DNA from: Nitrosopumilaceae archaeon
Lineage (GTDB): Archaea; Thermoproteota; Nitrososphaeria; Nitrososphaerales; Nitrosopumilaceae
Length of the DNA stretch: 32,000 bases
NCBI GenBank assembly: GCA_965208905.1
Contig: OZ242365.1
Coordinates: 1,327,902 to 1,359,901 of the forward strand
Direction: 5' to 3'
Shown piece by piece: positions 1-9,881 of this stretch. Position 1 is the first letter of the stretch; each line of letters begins with the position of its first letter. Below the pieces are notes generated by a model. It was not told where the DNA came from, did no database searches, and saw only the letters and a program-made list of their open reading frames with translations. The position numbers and the translations under genes were made by a program.

Positions 1-347
1 GATTCCAAAACGATCTGGATCTTTTGGTCTGGAGTAAACTTTGTTCTTACCATGGCATCATCCCTCCCATTACGACTTTAAGCTGTATGAACGTGAGTGT
101 TCTCATTCTAGCGGGGTCCCCACCAATACAGGCACAATCTGATTTGCGTTTAGAATGCCTTCAGACAATTTCGGAGACTTATGTTAACTCTACTGACAAT
201 ACTCTTGACAACATGTTTAACATTATTGAGGAAGGCCGTTTAACTGGTAATACAGCGACTCATGCGTTAATTATTGGTCAAACACGTGTTATCATAGACA
301 GTACAACTAGTCTTATCCTTGCCGATTTCTGTAGCTCTTTCGGATAA
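1..347 (+). CDS. hypothetical protein, 5'-partial (open from the window edge)
   Basis: Reading frame is open from base 3 to the stop at 345-347. No recognisable motif. Confidence 0.3.
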   Translation, partial: FQNDLDLLVWSKLCSYHGIIPPITTLSCMNVSVLILAGSPPIQAQSDLRLECLQTISETYVNSTDNTLDNMFNIIEEGRLTGNTATHALIIGQTRVIIDSTTSLILADFCSSFG

Positions 348-495
348 ATGTATGTTTTATCTTAGTGTTTTGAACAATGCCTTCTGGGGTAGTGATACTT
401 GCATACAATCATGTTATGACATCAGGCCCATAAACTTGACAGTTCCTAGAAGCACGTATGATAACTTTTAAAGTGTAATATTATACGAATAACCA

Positions 496-511
496 ATGAA
501 AAAAATGACTA
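496..511 (+). pseudogene. detached 5' end (MKKMT + first base of codon 6) of the protease gene split by IS630
   Basis: ATG AAA AAA ATG ACT A at 496-511 abuts the IS. Deleting 512-1623 (IS plus one TA) joins it in frame to ATG 1626, giving MKKMTIMLACGMIVCTGLLAWSQS, a signal peptide with a charged n-region. A TTTTAAA TATA-like box lies about 25-30 nt upstream. Confidence 0.55.
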
Positions 512-538
512 TAGTTAGGTGCATAAATAACCCGACAC
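512..538. repeat. IS630 left terminal inverted repeat
   Basis: tagttaggtgcataaataacccgacac matches the reverse complement of 1595-1621 (tagttgggagcataaataatcctacac). Confidence 0.8.
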
Positions 539-543
539 CAGTT

Positions 544-1551
544 TTACACCGGTAGGATTTTGTCTAAATTTCTGAACAGAATGCTGCGCGGATCAAACTT
601 TATTTCCAGCGACTCGTATATCCGCATGATTTTCCTCCGGAAATATCTCTTGGCAGGTCGCTTGAAAGTCCGCCGTATCCTTGCCTTGCCGTTGAGCCAC
701 AGCCATTCGGCCGGATTCAGAAATGGTGAGTACGGCGGCAGAAATATTAGTTTGATGAAATCACTATTCTTTTTCAAGTATCGCTTTACGCGGCTAGAGT
801 TGTGATATGCAGCATTATCCAGTATTACGGCAACCTTGCCGAACCGTTTTTTCGTCTTGTTCAAATATCTGATAAAGGACCTGTCGTTGGCCTTGCTAGC
901 GGCCATATAGCATGTCTGCCCATCTAGCGTGATGCCACCGTATATGGTCTGGCGCTGGTTGCCGAGTGGCGTTTGTACCGGTATGGCATCACCGCGTGTA
1001 TAGACTGCGCCGCTGCCAAACATACTTAAATTTTGGTGGCTTTCGTCTACCATCACGAGTGTAAAACCGTCCTTTTCAAACATTTCTGCCTCCTTTTTGG
1101 TGTCTTTCTGCCAGATTTCGAGATCTTTCCTTGGTGGAATTCGGTCGGATATCCGGGGAGTCTTCCGTATAGTGAAGCCAAGAGACCTAAGGATACGGCG
1201 CGCTTGTGATTCGCTGTATTTTATGCCGGTCTTTTTCTCAGCCAGTTTAACAAATCCGTAGGCGGTAAATCGCTTGACACCGTTAATTATGTTCTCTAAT
1301 GTGTGGCGCGGTACGAAAGATGGACGGCCAGGCCTCGCACCATCGGCGAGGCCATCCAGGCCTTTGTGGTCGTAGGCATTAAGCCAATCATATATGGTGC
1401 TACGATCGACACCAAGCACATCCGCTGCCGCAGAGATGGTATATCCTTTAATGCGCACCATGTTTACGGCTACGATACGGGCGTGCTGTGTCGCACTCTT
1501 AGTCTGTTTTAGGGCAGCCTTTATTTTTTGGGCATTAGTTTGGTTATTCAT
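544..1551 (-). CDS. IS630-family (Tc1/mariner-like) DDE transposase
   Basis: N-terminal HTH (ISAAADVLGVDRSTIYDWL). DDE_3-type core with VMVDESH, ILDNAAYH and the signature LPPYSPFLNPAEWLW. Confidence 0.9.
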   Translation of the reverse strand: MNNQTNAQKIKAALKQTKSATQHARIVAVNMVRIKGYTISAAADVLGVDRSTIYDWLNAYDHKGLDGLADGARPGRPSFVPRHTLENIINGVKRFTAYGFVKLAEKKTGIKYSESQARRILRSLGFTIRKTPRISDRIPPRKDLEIWQKDTKKEAEMFEKDGFTLVMVDESHQNLSMFGSGAVYTRGDAIPVQTPLGNQRQTIYGGITLDGQTCYMAASKANDRSFIRYLNKTKKRFGKVAVILDNAAYHNSSRVKRYLKKNSDFIKLIFLPPYSPFLNPAEWLWLNGKARIRRTFKRPAKRYFRRKIMRIYESLEIKFDPRSILFRNLDKILPV

Positions 1552-1594
1552 ATAATTAGTTAGTAATTTTGATCATTTATGTATTTCTAATAGA

Positions 1595-1621
1595 GTGTAG
1601 GATTATTTATGCTCCCAACTA
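1595..1621. repeat. IS630 right terminal inverted repeat
   Basis: Reverse complement matches 512-538 at 23/27 positions and is followed by the TA duplication. Confidence 0.8.
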
Positions 1622-1625
1622 TATA

Positions 1626-2390
1626 ATGCTGGCATGCGGTATGATAGTATGTACAGGATTGCTTGCATGGTCACAGTCTAACAATGTGACAGCCGAGGCC
1701 AATACCACAGACGAGATTGCCATGAAGGGTTTTTCGCCCGATATACTGGCGCATAATGTAAAGTATGAAGTGGTAAGTGTTGAATCGTTTTATCACGATA
1801 CAATTGAGTATCTGGATTACTATGGTACGGGATTTGTGTATGATTCCGAGCATATTATCACAGCAAGGCATATAGTTGAGGATGCAATAGACGATCCCGA
1901 TAATATTACTATCGATGTAACTACCGAATATGGCATAACATGTGTTGGCTACGTCATTGGCAGTATGGAAGATTTAGACATAGCAGTGATAAAATTATAT
2001 GACAGTCCTAATTGTTTTGATCTGAATGATGATGATCTGGAAGATGTCGACGATCATGGTTTAATGTCAGTGTCCGTATCGAGTCAGGGTGTGGATGTTG
2101 GTGACTGGGTTATGAGTGCGGGATATATAGACGACTATTGGCCAGTTTATACCGTTGGTGTGATAAGCCATACTGGTTTCGCAAGCGAACTAATATCTAC
2201 GGATGTTATAGTACATAGTGCTGCCTTGGGAGATGGTTCTAGTGGTAGTCCTGTCTATGATTTATACGGTAATGTAATCGGCATGACTTATGCTGGCTGG
2301 TCAGGTGAGCATAGAATATCCCTCGCTCACACCATACCAATAGATGTCGTATATGATGCCGTTGAGTTTATTATTAGATATTCGAATTAG
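1626..2390 (+). CDS. trypsin-like serine protease (S1 fold), 5' end displaced by the IS630 insertion
   Basis: Catalytic triad contexts are TARHIVE (His), DIAVIKL (Asp) and GDGSSGSPVY (Ser). The hydrophobic N-terminus is MLACGMIVCTGLLAW. The track start at 1569 (TTG) lies inside the IS and is probably artefactual. Confidence 0.8.
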   Translation: MLACGMIVCTGLLAWSQSNNVTAEANTTDEIAMKGFSPDILAHNVKYEVVSVESFYHDTIEYLDYYGTGFVYDSEHIITARHIVEDAIDDPDNITIDVTTEYGITCVGYVIGSMEDLDIAVIKLYDSPNCFDLNDDDLEDVDDHGLMSVSVSSQGVDVGDWVMSAGYIDDYWPVYTVGVISHTGFASELISTDVIVHSAALGDGSSGSPVYDLYGNVIGMTYAGWSGEHRISLAHTIPIDVVYDAVEFIIRYSN

Positions 2391-2395
2391 GTAAC

Positions 2396-2414
2396 TTTTC
2401 ATTTTTTTATTTTT
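2396..2414 (+). terminator. oligo-T tract downstream of the protease gene
   Basis: ttttcatttttttattttt directly follows the stop. Archaeal RNA polymerase terminates at T-runs. Confidence 0.4.
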
Positions 2415-2454
2415 GTTACAGCCGATTAGGGACTTGACAGTGAAGAGTATACAA

Positions 2455-2646
2455 TTACGTCACTTTATCTTTTTCAAGAATCTTATATATCAAAGAGTAT
2501 ATGTTAGTCAATGAACCAGCTAACAGTAAGGCAAGCGTCAATCCAGCAACACTGACCAACTCCATCTGTGTATCGCTGAGTTCGGGTAGGATGTTAGAAC
2601 CAAGTATGATAAAATATGCTGCGTATACAATGATCACCAAACACAT
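2455..2646 (-). CDS. small hypothetical membrane protein (two predicted TM helices)
   Basis: 63-aa ORF with two hydrophobic stretches (LVIIVYAAYFIILG and VAGLTLALLLAGSL). No homology recognised. Confidence 0.35.
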   Translation of the reverse strand: MCLVIIVYAAYFIILGSNILPELSDTQMELVSVAGLTLALLLAGSLTNIYSLIYKILEKDKVT

Positions 2647-3001
2647 TGCCTGTTTTCAAGTGGAGTGAACCCCTCGTTTTGATACCACTTTTTACATTAA
2701 ATTCCGAATGATTCTAGCCGTCATTAATTTGTCATCTCCCACTGTGCGGTAAATTCTACTGCCTGGCGGGGAAATTACATAGGCGAGGGTCCAAGTGGAA
2801 ACGTAGGTTAAGCTGAGCTCACATACCACTTTGGTACAGTTCACGCGTCACCGGCAGTTAGTAAACTGGACTTTATTTGCTGGTAAGTAAGTAATATTAT
2901 CAGCCCATAATATTACCAGCTGACAGATCACGTCTAATATATTCCTGAGTTAGTAATATAATAATCATTAAACCTTAATACATTGGCAAATATACGTCTG
3001 T

Positions 3002-4132
3002 ATGGACAGAAGCGACTTTGGCAACCCGTTTGGGGTACTGATGGAAGAGTCGGACTATCACGCGTTCATTCCCGGCAGGATCCCGCCGAAGATTGAGTAC
3101 GATAATATCTTGGTTGGTGAGATAAACAGGACCGAGAGCAGTCTGGGCGAGCTCAGAGCCACGGCAGAATCGTTTCCCATACCCAAGGCGCTGGAGAGAC
3201 TCTTTGGAAGAATGGAGGCGGTCAAGAGCTCAAGCATAGAGGGGACGACGGCATCATTCCAAGACACTCTGAGGTGGGATCTTGACCAGATGTCATCAGA
3301 TGAGGCCCGACGCCTACGCATGAGAGAAGTACTCAACTGTCGATCTATACTACAGAAGAGGTGGCCGGACGCTAGGTCTGGTGAGCAACTGAATAACAAC
3401 ACCATAAAGGTAATGCACCGCTCTCTGTGGCATGATATGGAGGGGGAGGAGATGTTCTCCGGTGAGTACCGCCTGCACCAGAACTGGATCGGGGGAGGGG
3501 GAAACGTGGACGATGCAACATATATTCCGCCCCCGCCCCGATACATTCCCACGCTGATGGATGAATTGGAAGCGTTCATCAATGATCCGGTCGGGGTGCC
3601 CGGCCTTTTACAGTGCGCTATAGTACACTATCAGTTTGAAGCGATACACCCATTCCATGATGGGAATGGGCGAGTTGGTAGGATCATGCTGTGCCTCATG
3701 CTGTCGGTCCATGCGCAGCTTATCTGGCCGCTGGACATAAGTACGTACATTAGGCGTAAACAGATACAGTACCAAAACAGCCTGTTCAGGGTCAGCACCT
3801 GTAGTGAGTGGTATGGGTGGTTCAGGTTTGTCTTAGGTGTAATCCAGGATGTCGCTACCGGCTCCATAAGAAGAATACGGCTCCTTCAAGAGGAGATAGA
3901 ACGATGCAAGGGATTGTCAAGTACTAGTAACGGTATTGAGCTGGTAGACATGTTGGTGGAGCACCCAATGGTTACAATTCCACAGATCCGTGCCCGCCTA
4001 GGTATGTCATACCCGGGAGCCAAGCACCTAGTCGAGACATTTGTGGAGATTGGTATACTGACGGAGCTCCACACCAAAAGGAAGCCTAGGTTGTTCTTTG
4101 CTCCTAACATAATGAAGCTGGTTCATGATTAG
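3002..4132 (+). CDS. fic: Fic/DOC-family protein (class II, autoinhibited AMPylase type) with C-terminal winged-helix
   Basis: Canonical Fic motif HPFHDGNGRVGR. N-terminal inhibitory-helix motif SSSIEG fits (S/T)xxxE(G/N). The C-terminal region has an HTH-like character. Confidence 0.9.
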   Translation: MDRSDFGNPFGVLMEESDYHAFIPGRIPPKIEYDNILVGEINRTESSLGELRATAESFPIPKALERLFGRMEAVKSSSIEGTTASFQDTLRWDLDQMSSDEARRLRMREVLNCRSILQKRWPDARSGEQLNNNTIKVMHRSLWHDMEGEEMFSGEYRLHQNWIGGGGNVDDATYIPPPPRYIPTLMDELEAFINDPVGVPGLLQCAIVHYQFEAIHPFHDGNGRVGRIMLCLMLSVHAQLIWPLDISTYIRRKQIQYQNSLFRVSTCSEWYGWFRFVLGVIQDVATGSIRRIRLLQEEIERCKGLSSTSNGIELVDMLVEHPMVTIPQIRARLGMSYPGAKHLVETFVEIGILTELHTKRKPRLFFAPNIMKLVHD

Positions 4133-4139
4133 CCGTCGG

Positions 4140-4410
4140 GCATCATACGTGGACAGGGTGCGCTGCCAAGTTTTCTGGCAACCACCTCGCTCTGACAGGC
4201 AACCAAGCAGATGGTAATACTGTGTCCGTACGACCTCTCCTGATCCTGCTTTCTGAGCACGGCGGCCTGTAGCCTGTCTCTGGACTTGCCGGGGTGTTCG
4301 CGCCTGTATGTCTCTTCCAGCTCGGATCAATGCACCCTCAATAGGTATCTTCTCATCTCTTTACCAGTGTCTCCTTTGGCATAGGTGGTAGACAGGCCGA
4401 ACTCACAAGA
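4140..4410 (-). pseudogene. possible frameshifted remnant of a transposase N-terminal HTH region
   Basis: Three minus-strand frames together read ...GKEMRRYLLRVH* / SELEETYRREHPGKSRDRLQAAVLRK / AGSGEVVRTQYYHLLGCLSERGGCQKTW. This resembles an IS630-type HTH leader. The stretch is visibly GC-richer than its surroundings. Confidence 0.3.
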
Positions 4411-4610
4411 TTAGACTTTAGTAAAAAGCGAATAGAATAATCCCCCATAGACATACACTAAGTTGGGTCTGGCAAATATGCTTGATTAGGCTAATGTCTG
4501 TTTGGATGGTGGTGACCGATTACAGTCGGTCTGACTACTACTAAAAGTGTCCGAGTCGCTACTATCTAATTTTGGTTACAAACCACTCACAAGTCTGTTG
4601 TTGAGTTTTT

Positions 4611-4657
4611 TGTAATATATATTACAATAATTTATATTATGTAATGTCTATTACATA
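4611..4657 (+). promoter_or_regulatory. hsp20 promoter with two palindromic operator candidates
   Basis: Perfect 16-bp palindrome TGTAATATATATTACA (4611-4626). An A/T-rich TATA-like tttatatta lies about 29 nt before the ATG. A second inverted repeat is TATGTAAT-gtct-ATTACATA (4638-4657), between the TATA and ATG 4664. Confidence 0.5.
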
Positions 4658-4663
4658 TTTAGT

Positions 4664-5080
4664 ATGAAAATAACATTACTTGAAGATTTTGACAAAATCT
4701 TTGAGCAGATATTCTCAGGAAACTGTTACATGGCACCATCACTGTGCTACTGCCATGATGCGACCAACTCTAATAACATACCGGACATACAAACGTCTCA
4801 AGGCAATACAATACAAATAGACACTATTCACGACAAAGAGAATAATGAGATAAAGCTAGTATCAGAAATACCTGGTGTCGAAAAGAAAGACATACAGGTT
4901 GTCGTCGATGACAATGTTGTCTCAATTGATGCTGTTCGTGATGAGCGAAAGTATCATGCTCATATACGACTTAATCAGTCGCTGTCTGGCGATGTTAGTG
5001 CTACATACAGGAATGGAATCCTAGAGATCACCTTGGGTCTAAATAGCAGACCAAAAGGAAGAGAGGTGAAGGTAGAATAA
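4664..5080 (+). CDS. hsp20: small heat-shock protein, Hsp20/alpha-crystallin family
   Basis: Alpha-crystallin domain pattern: IKLVSEIPGVEKKDIQVVVDDNVVSI ... ATYRNGILEITLG. Confidence 0.9.
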   Translation: MKITLLEDFDKIFEQIFSGNCYMAPSLCYCHDATNSNNIPDIQTSQGNTIQIDTIHDKENNEIKLVSEIPGVEKKDIQVVVDDNVVSIDAVRDERKYHAHIRLNQSLSGDVSATYRNGILEITLGLNSRPKGREVKVE

Positions 5081-5082
5081 CC

Positions 5083-5101
5083 TTCTTTTTTTATTATTTT
5101 T
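5083..5101 (+). terminator. oligo-T tract after hsp20 (possibly leaky)
   Basis: ttctttttttattattttt follows the stop. The Shine-Dalgarno sequence of cdc48 comes 14 nt later, so read-through is plausible. Confidence 0.3.
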
Positions 5102-5114
5102 ATGGGAGTGTATG

Positions 5115-7271
<2,157 letters not shown>

Positions 7272-7282
7272 CATAACTGTGA

Positions 7283-7603
7283 AAAATAGTAACAACTCAT
7301 ACCCTGTATATACAGTTTCATAACAACCTGACGGCTGCCAGTTATGTATATCTCATCAAACACCTGCACCGGCATTACCATGCGAAAGTGCTGGACGACG
7401 CGTGTGATGACATAGAGATACTGCACCTGCCGCCCCACACCCCGCAGCTCAACCCCATCTAGGCAGAGTGGAGGAAAGTAAGGGCGGCCATCGCCGACAT
7501 CTTCTTTGATGGCCTGTACAGTATGCGGAATGCCATAAGGCAGATTATTCGCAACGGGGAGATGACAATAGTTAAAATGTTTGACTGGCTGCTGGTACCA
7601 TAG
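7283..7603 (+). pseudogene. C-terminal remnant of a second, different IS630-family transposase
   Basis: Reads ...IEILHLPPHTPQLNPI*AEWRKVRAAIADIFF.... An in-frame TAG (7460-7462) replaces the conserved Glu of the LNPIE..W motif. The N-terminal two thirds are absent. Confidence 0.7.
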
Positions 7604-7854
7604 CGGCCCGATGCGTCTTGGAACTATCCCGGGGCCGGAAGTGGCCTACCCGTCTTCCGCAACCAGCTCTCTACAGGCGATGGGGCGGTAATGTCTATCT
7701 ATTCATTCTGAGTTTTTCCATTCTTTTTGACGAGTACCATACATGACAATCCGGGTGCTTGGGAATGGCAATCGTATTTTTGAAGCCATACAATTTTGGG
7801 CGTAGACCTACCGTTCCTTTAGATCATCTGTGATAGTACGGCACTTGTGCGGCC

Positions 7855-9759
7855 TTATGGTGGCAGATCCGCGGGAGCAAGTATGTCCGACACATAATAT
7901 CCTGACCCAAATATCAGACCATCGTGCATTACAAGCCATGTGCGCTTGGTCTCTTCGTTGCTTGTTACCGGATTTATATGGTTATAGGCGACCCATGTGC
8001 CGGTTCCACGGCTGATTGCATCTATAATGTCTTGTGTGGCGAGCACCTCTGTAATGGCGCCCCAGTCTGCGACCTGTCCTATCAGATTTGGATTTACGTT
8101 CTGCGCCAGTGTGGTTCCTGTCTGCGGGTCGACTACAAAGAGATATGTGGCGAGTGGTTCGTCCGGTGTAGCATCAAATGCTGCAATGGCGGCATCCTTA
8201 CCCTTGTCCTCATATTGAAGTACGCTGCTAAACGTCACGGCCTGCACCTGTGAGTCCAGTATGTAATAACCCGAGCCAAAGACCAGTCCATCGTGCAGCT
8301 GCAAGTATGTGCGCTTTAGTTGCTCTACACCCGTAGCCGGATTGTGGAATGTGTACGTAAGCCATATTCTGCCGTTCTCTCTTAGCTCTGCAAGCACATC
8401 ATCAACCGACCTGCCGGATGTGTCAAGTATGGTCTCGGGTTGTCCCACCCTGGCAGGCACTACCCCATCGGCCAATCTGGTCCAGGATGTGGCGTTTATC
8501 ACAAACGGGTATAACGCGTCGGTAATGACAGGTTGTTTAGGCGTTATGATGTCAACCCACGCGTTGTTCTCACGGTTCGACTCGTAGATAAACCTAGCAT
8601 AGTCTGTCACCGACTGAGTATCAGCATCTGCAACGGTATATGGTGATAAGAAGATATAGTCATCATGGAAAATATACCATGCGCGTTTGATCTGCGTTAT
8701 ACCGGTAAAAACGTCGTAAAATGCAACCTGTGTCCACCATGAATCTCCCTCCTCGAGTTGGTCTAACATCACATCGTTGCCCGTTGTCGATAGGGGGCGA
8801 ACAGACCCGGCTAGACTGGGTACTCCCCCATGTGCAAGAATGTGTGTCGAGTTTGTCGCCACAGGATACATATCAATATGGTTAAGCATGCCCGAAGAAA
8901 TGACATCAAAGCCCGTCTCGGGATTGTTTCTGTATGTATAGATAGTATCGTCTACTACTGATTGTACCCGAATATCTGGTAGTGATATGCTTGCACCAAA
9001 TATGTAGCCATCATACAATATGATATACGAATGAGTGAGCTGGTCAGTCTGGGTTGCTGGATTTCGTGACATATGCCACACCCAGATACCGTCCTCATGA
9101 GACTGTAGCTCTTCTTTGATGTCTTGCAGAGATTTGTCGGCCATATTCAGGTAGGGGCTGATGGTTCCCACCAGTCCGGGCGCCCTTCCATGAGCCTCCA
9201 CCTCCAGCGTTGCGGCATTAAGCACAAAGGTCGACTGTGTCGATAGGGGATCGGGTACATCCGGTGTTATGATATCAAAGGCAGCAATACCGCGGGCCAT
9301 ATACAGGATTTTGGCCGAGTCTGCCAGAGACTGGGCCCTGAAGTCGTGCGGATAATAACCCGAGCCAAAGACCAGTCCATCATACAGGTAGAGCCAAGTA
9401 CGTTTGAGCTGACTCACATCGGTAGCCGGGTTGTGGAATGTGTACGTCACCCATACACTGCCCCTTACCTCTAGTTCATCTAGCACATCTGTAACAGACC
9501 TTGAGGAGGTATCAAGTATGGTCTCGGGTTGTCCCACCCTGGCAGGCACTACGCCATCGGCCAATCTGGTCCAGGATGTGGCGTTTATTATAAATGGGTA
9601 CAGCTCATCTGTTATGACGGGCGCCTCGGGGGTGATAATATCAAAGGCACCAACACCATGTGTCTCGTACAGCTGCACTGTATCCTCTATAAATTGTTGG
9701 ACCTCAGAGTCTGGCAGGTAGTACCCTGCGCCAAATATGTAGCCATCATATAGGTGCAA
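7855..9759 (-). CDS. tandem single-Cache-like (sCache_2-type) repeat protein, 5'-truncated by the IS6 element (probable pseudogene)
   Basis: About five repeats of roughly 120 aa each end in W(V/L)TYTFHNP.T....KRT(W)L.L.DG..FGSGYY. The frame stays open upstream to 9852 through the IS inverted repeat. No ATG, signal peptide or TM segment is present, and the ORF begins in the middle of a repeat. Confidence 0.6.
   Translation of the reverse strand: MHLYDGYIFGAGYYLPDSEVQQFIEDTVQLYETHGVGAFDIITPEAPVITDELYPFIINATSWTRLADGVVPARVGQPETILDTSSRSVTDVLDELEVRGSVWVTYTFHNPATDVSQLKRTWLYLYDGLVFGSGYYPHDFRAQSLADSAKILYMARGIAAFDIITPDVPDPLSTQSTFVLNAATLEVEAHGRAPGLVGTISPYLNMADKSLQDIKEELQSHEDGIWVWHMSRNPATQTDQLTHSYIILYDGYIFGASISLPDIRVQSVVDDTIYTYRNNPETGFDVISSGMLNHIDMYPVATNSTHILAHGGVPSLAGSVRPLSTTGNDVMLDQLEEGDSWWTQVAFYDVFTGITQIKRAWYIFHDDYIFLSPYTVADADTQSVTDYARFIYESNRENNAWVDIITPKQPVITDALYPFVINATSWTRLADGVVPARVGQPETILDTSGRSVDDVLAELRENGRIWLTYTFHNPATGVEQLKRTYLQLHDGLVFGSGYYILDSQVQAVTFSSVLQYEDKGKDAAIAAFDATPDEPLATYLFVVDPQTGTTLAQNVNPNLIGQVADWGAITEVLATQDIIDAISRGTGTWVAYNHINPVTSNEETKRTWLVMHDGLIFGSGYYVSDILAPADLPP
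8423..8499. repeat. intragenic 77-bp near-identical direct repeat, copy 1
   Basis: Differs from 9512-9588 at one position. The offset is 1089 bp (363 codons, in frame). Flanking sequence is much more diverged. Confidence 0.85.
9512..9588. repeat. intragenic 77-bp near-identical direct repeat, copy 2
   Basis: Partner of 8423-8499. Confidence 0.85.
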
Positions 9760-9790
9760 CAGTGTGCGCTTTGTCTGTGGCTGTCCGTTG

Positions 9791-9840
9791 GGAACTGGTG
9801 CATCTTGGTGACCTAGTGTGTGGTGGTGCGTGGGTGACCT
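9791..9840. repeat. IS6-element terminal inverted repeat (transposase-distal end)
   Basis: Its reverse complement is 46/50 identical to 13343-13392. All four mismatches fall in a 7-nt patch (acacact versus gtacaac) between two AGGTCACC direct repeats. Confidence 0.8.
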
Positions 9841-9881
9841 GAGTTGAATTACTCAAATTAAAATGAAATGAAAAGGGGGAT

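Larger units (their letters stand above)
512..1621 (-). mobile_element. IS630-family insertion sequence (1110 bp), apparently intact
   Basis: 27-bp terminal inverted repeats (23/27 identical) are flanked by TA at 510-511 and 1622-1623. A single DDE transposase ORF lies inside. Confidence 0.85.

Noticed and set aside
4028-4330. 100-aa minus-strand ORF overlapping the fic 3' end.
   Set aside because: It overlaps fic by about 100 bp and has an Arg/Gln-rich composition. It is better explained as one frame of a frameshifted transposase remnant than as a live gene.
8300-9600. The near-identical 77-bp tract within diverged repeats looked like a diversity-generating retroelement template/variable pair.
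   Set aside because: There is no reverse transcriptase or accessory gene nearby. The single difference is not adenine-specific. Both copies are coding parts of the same gene.
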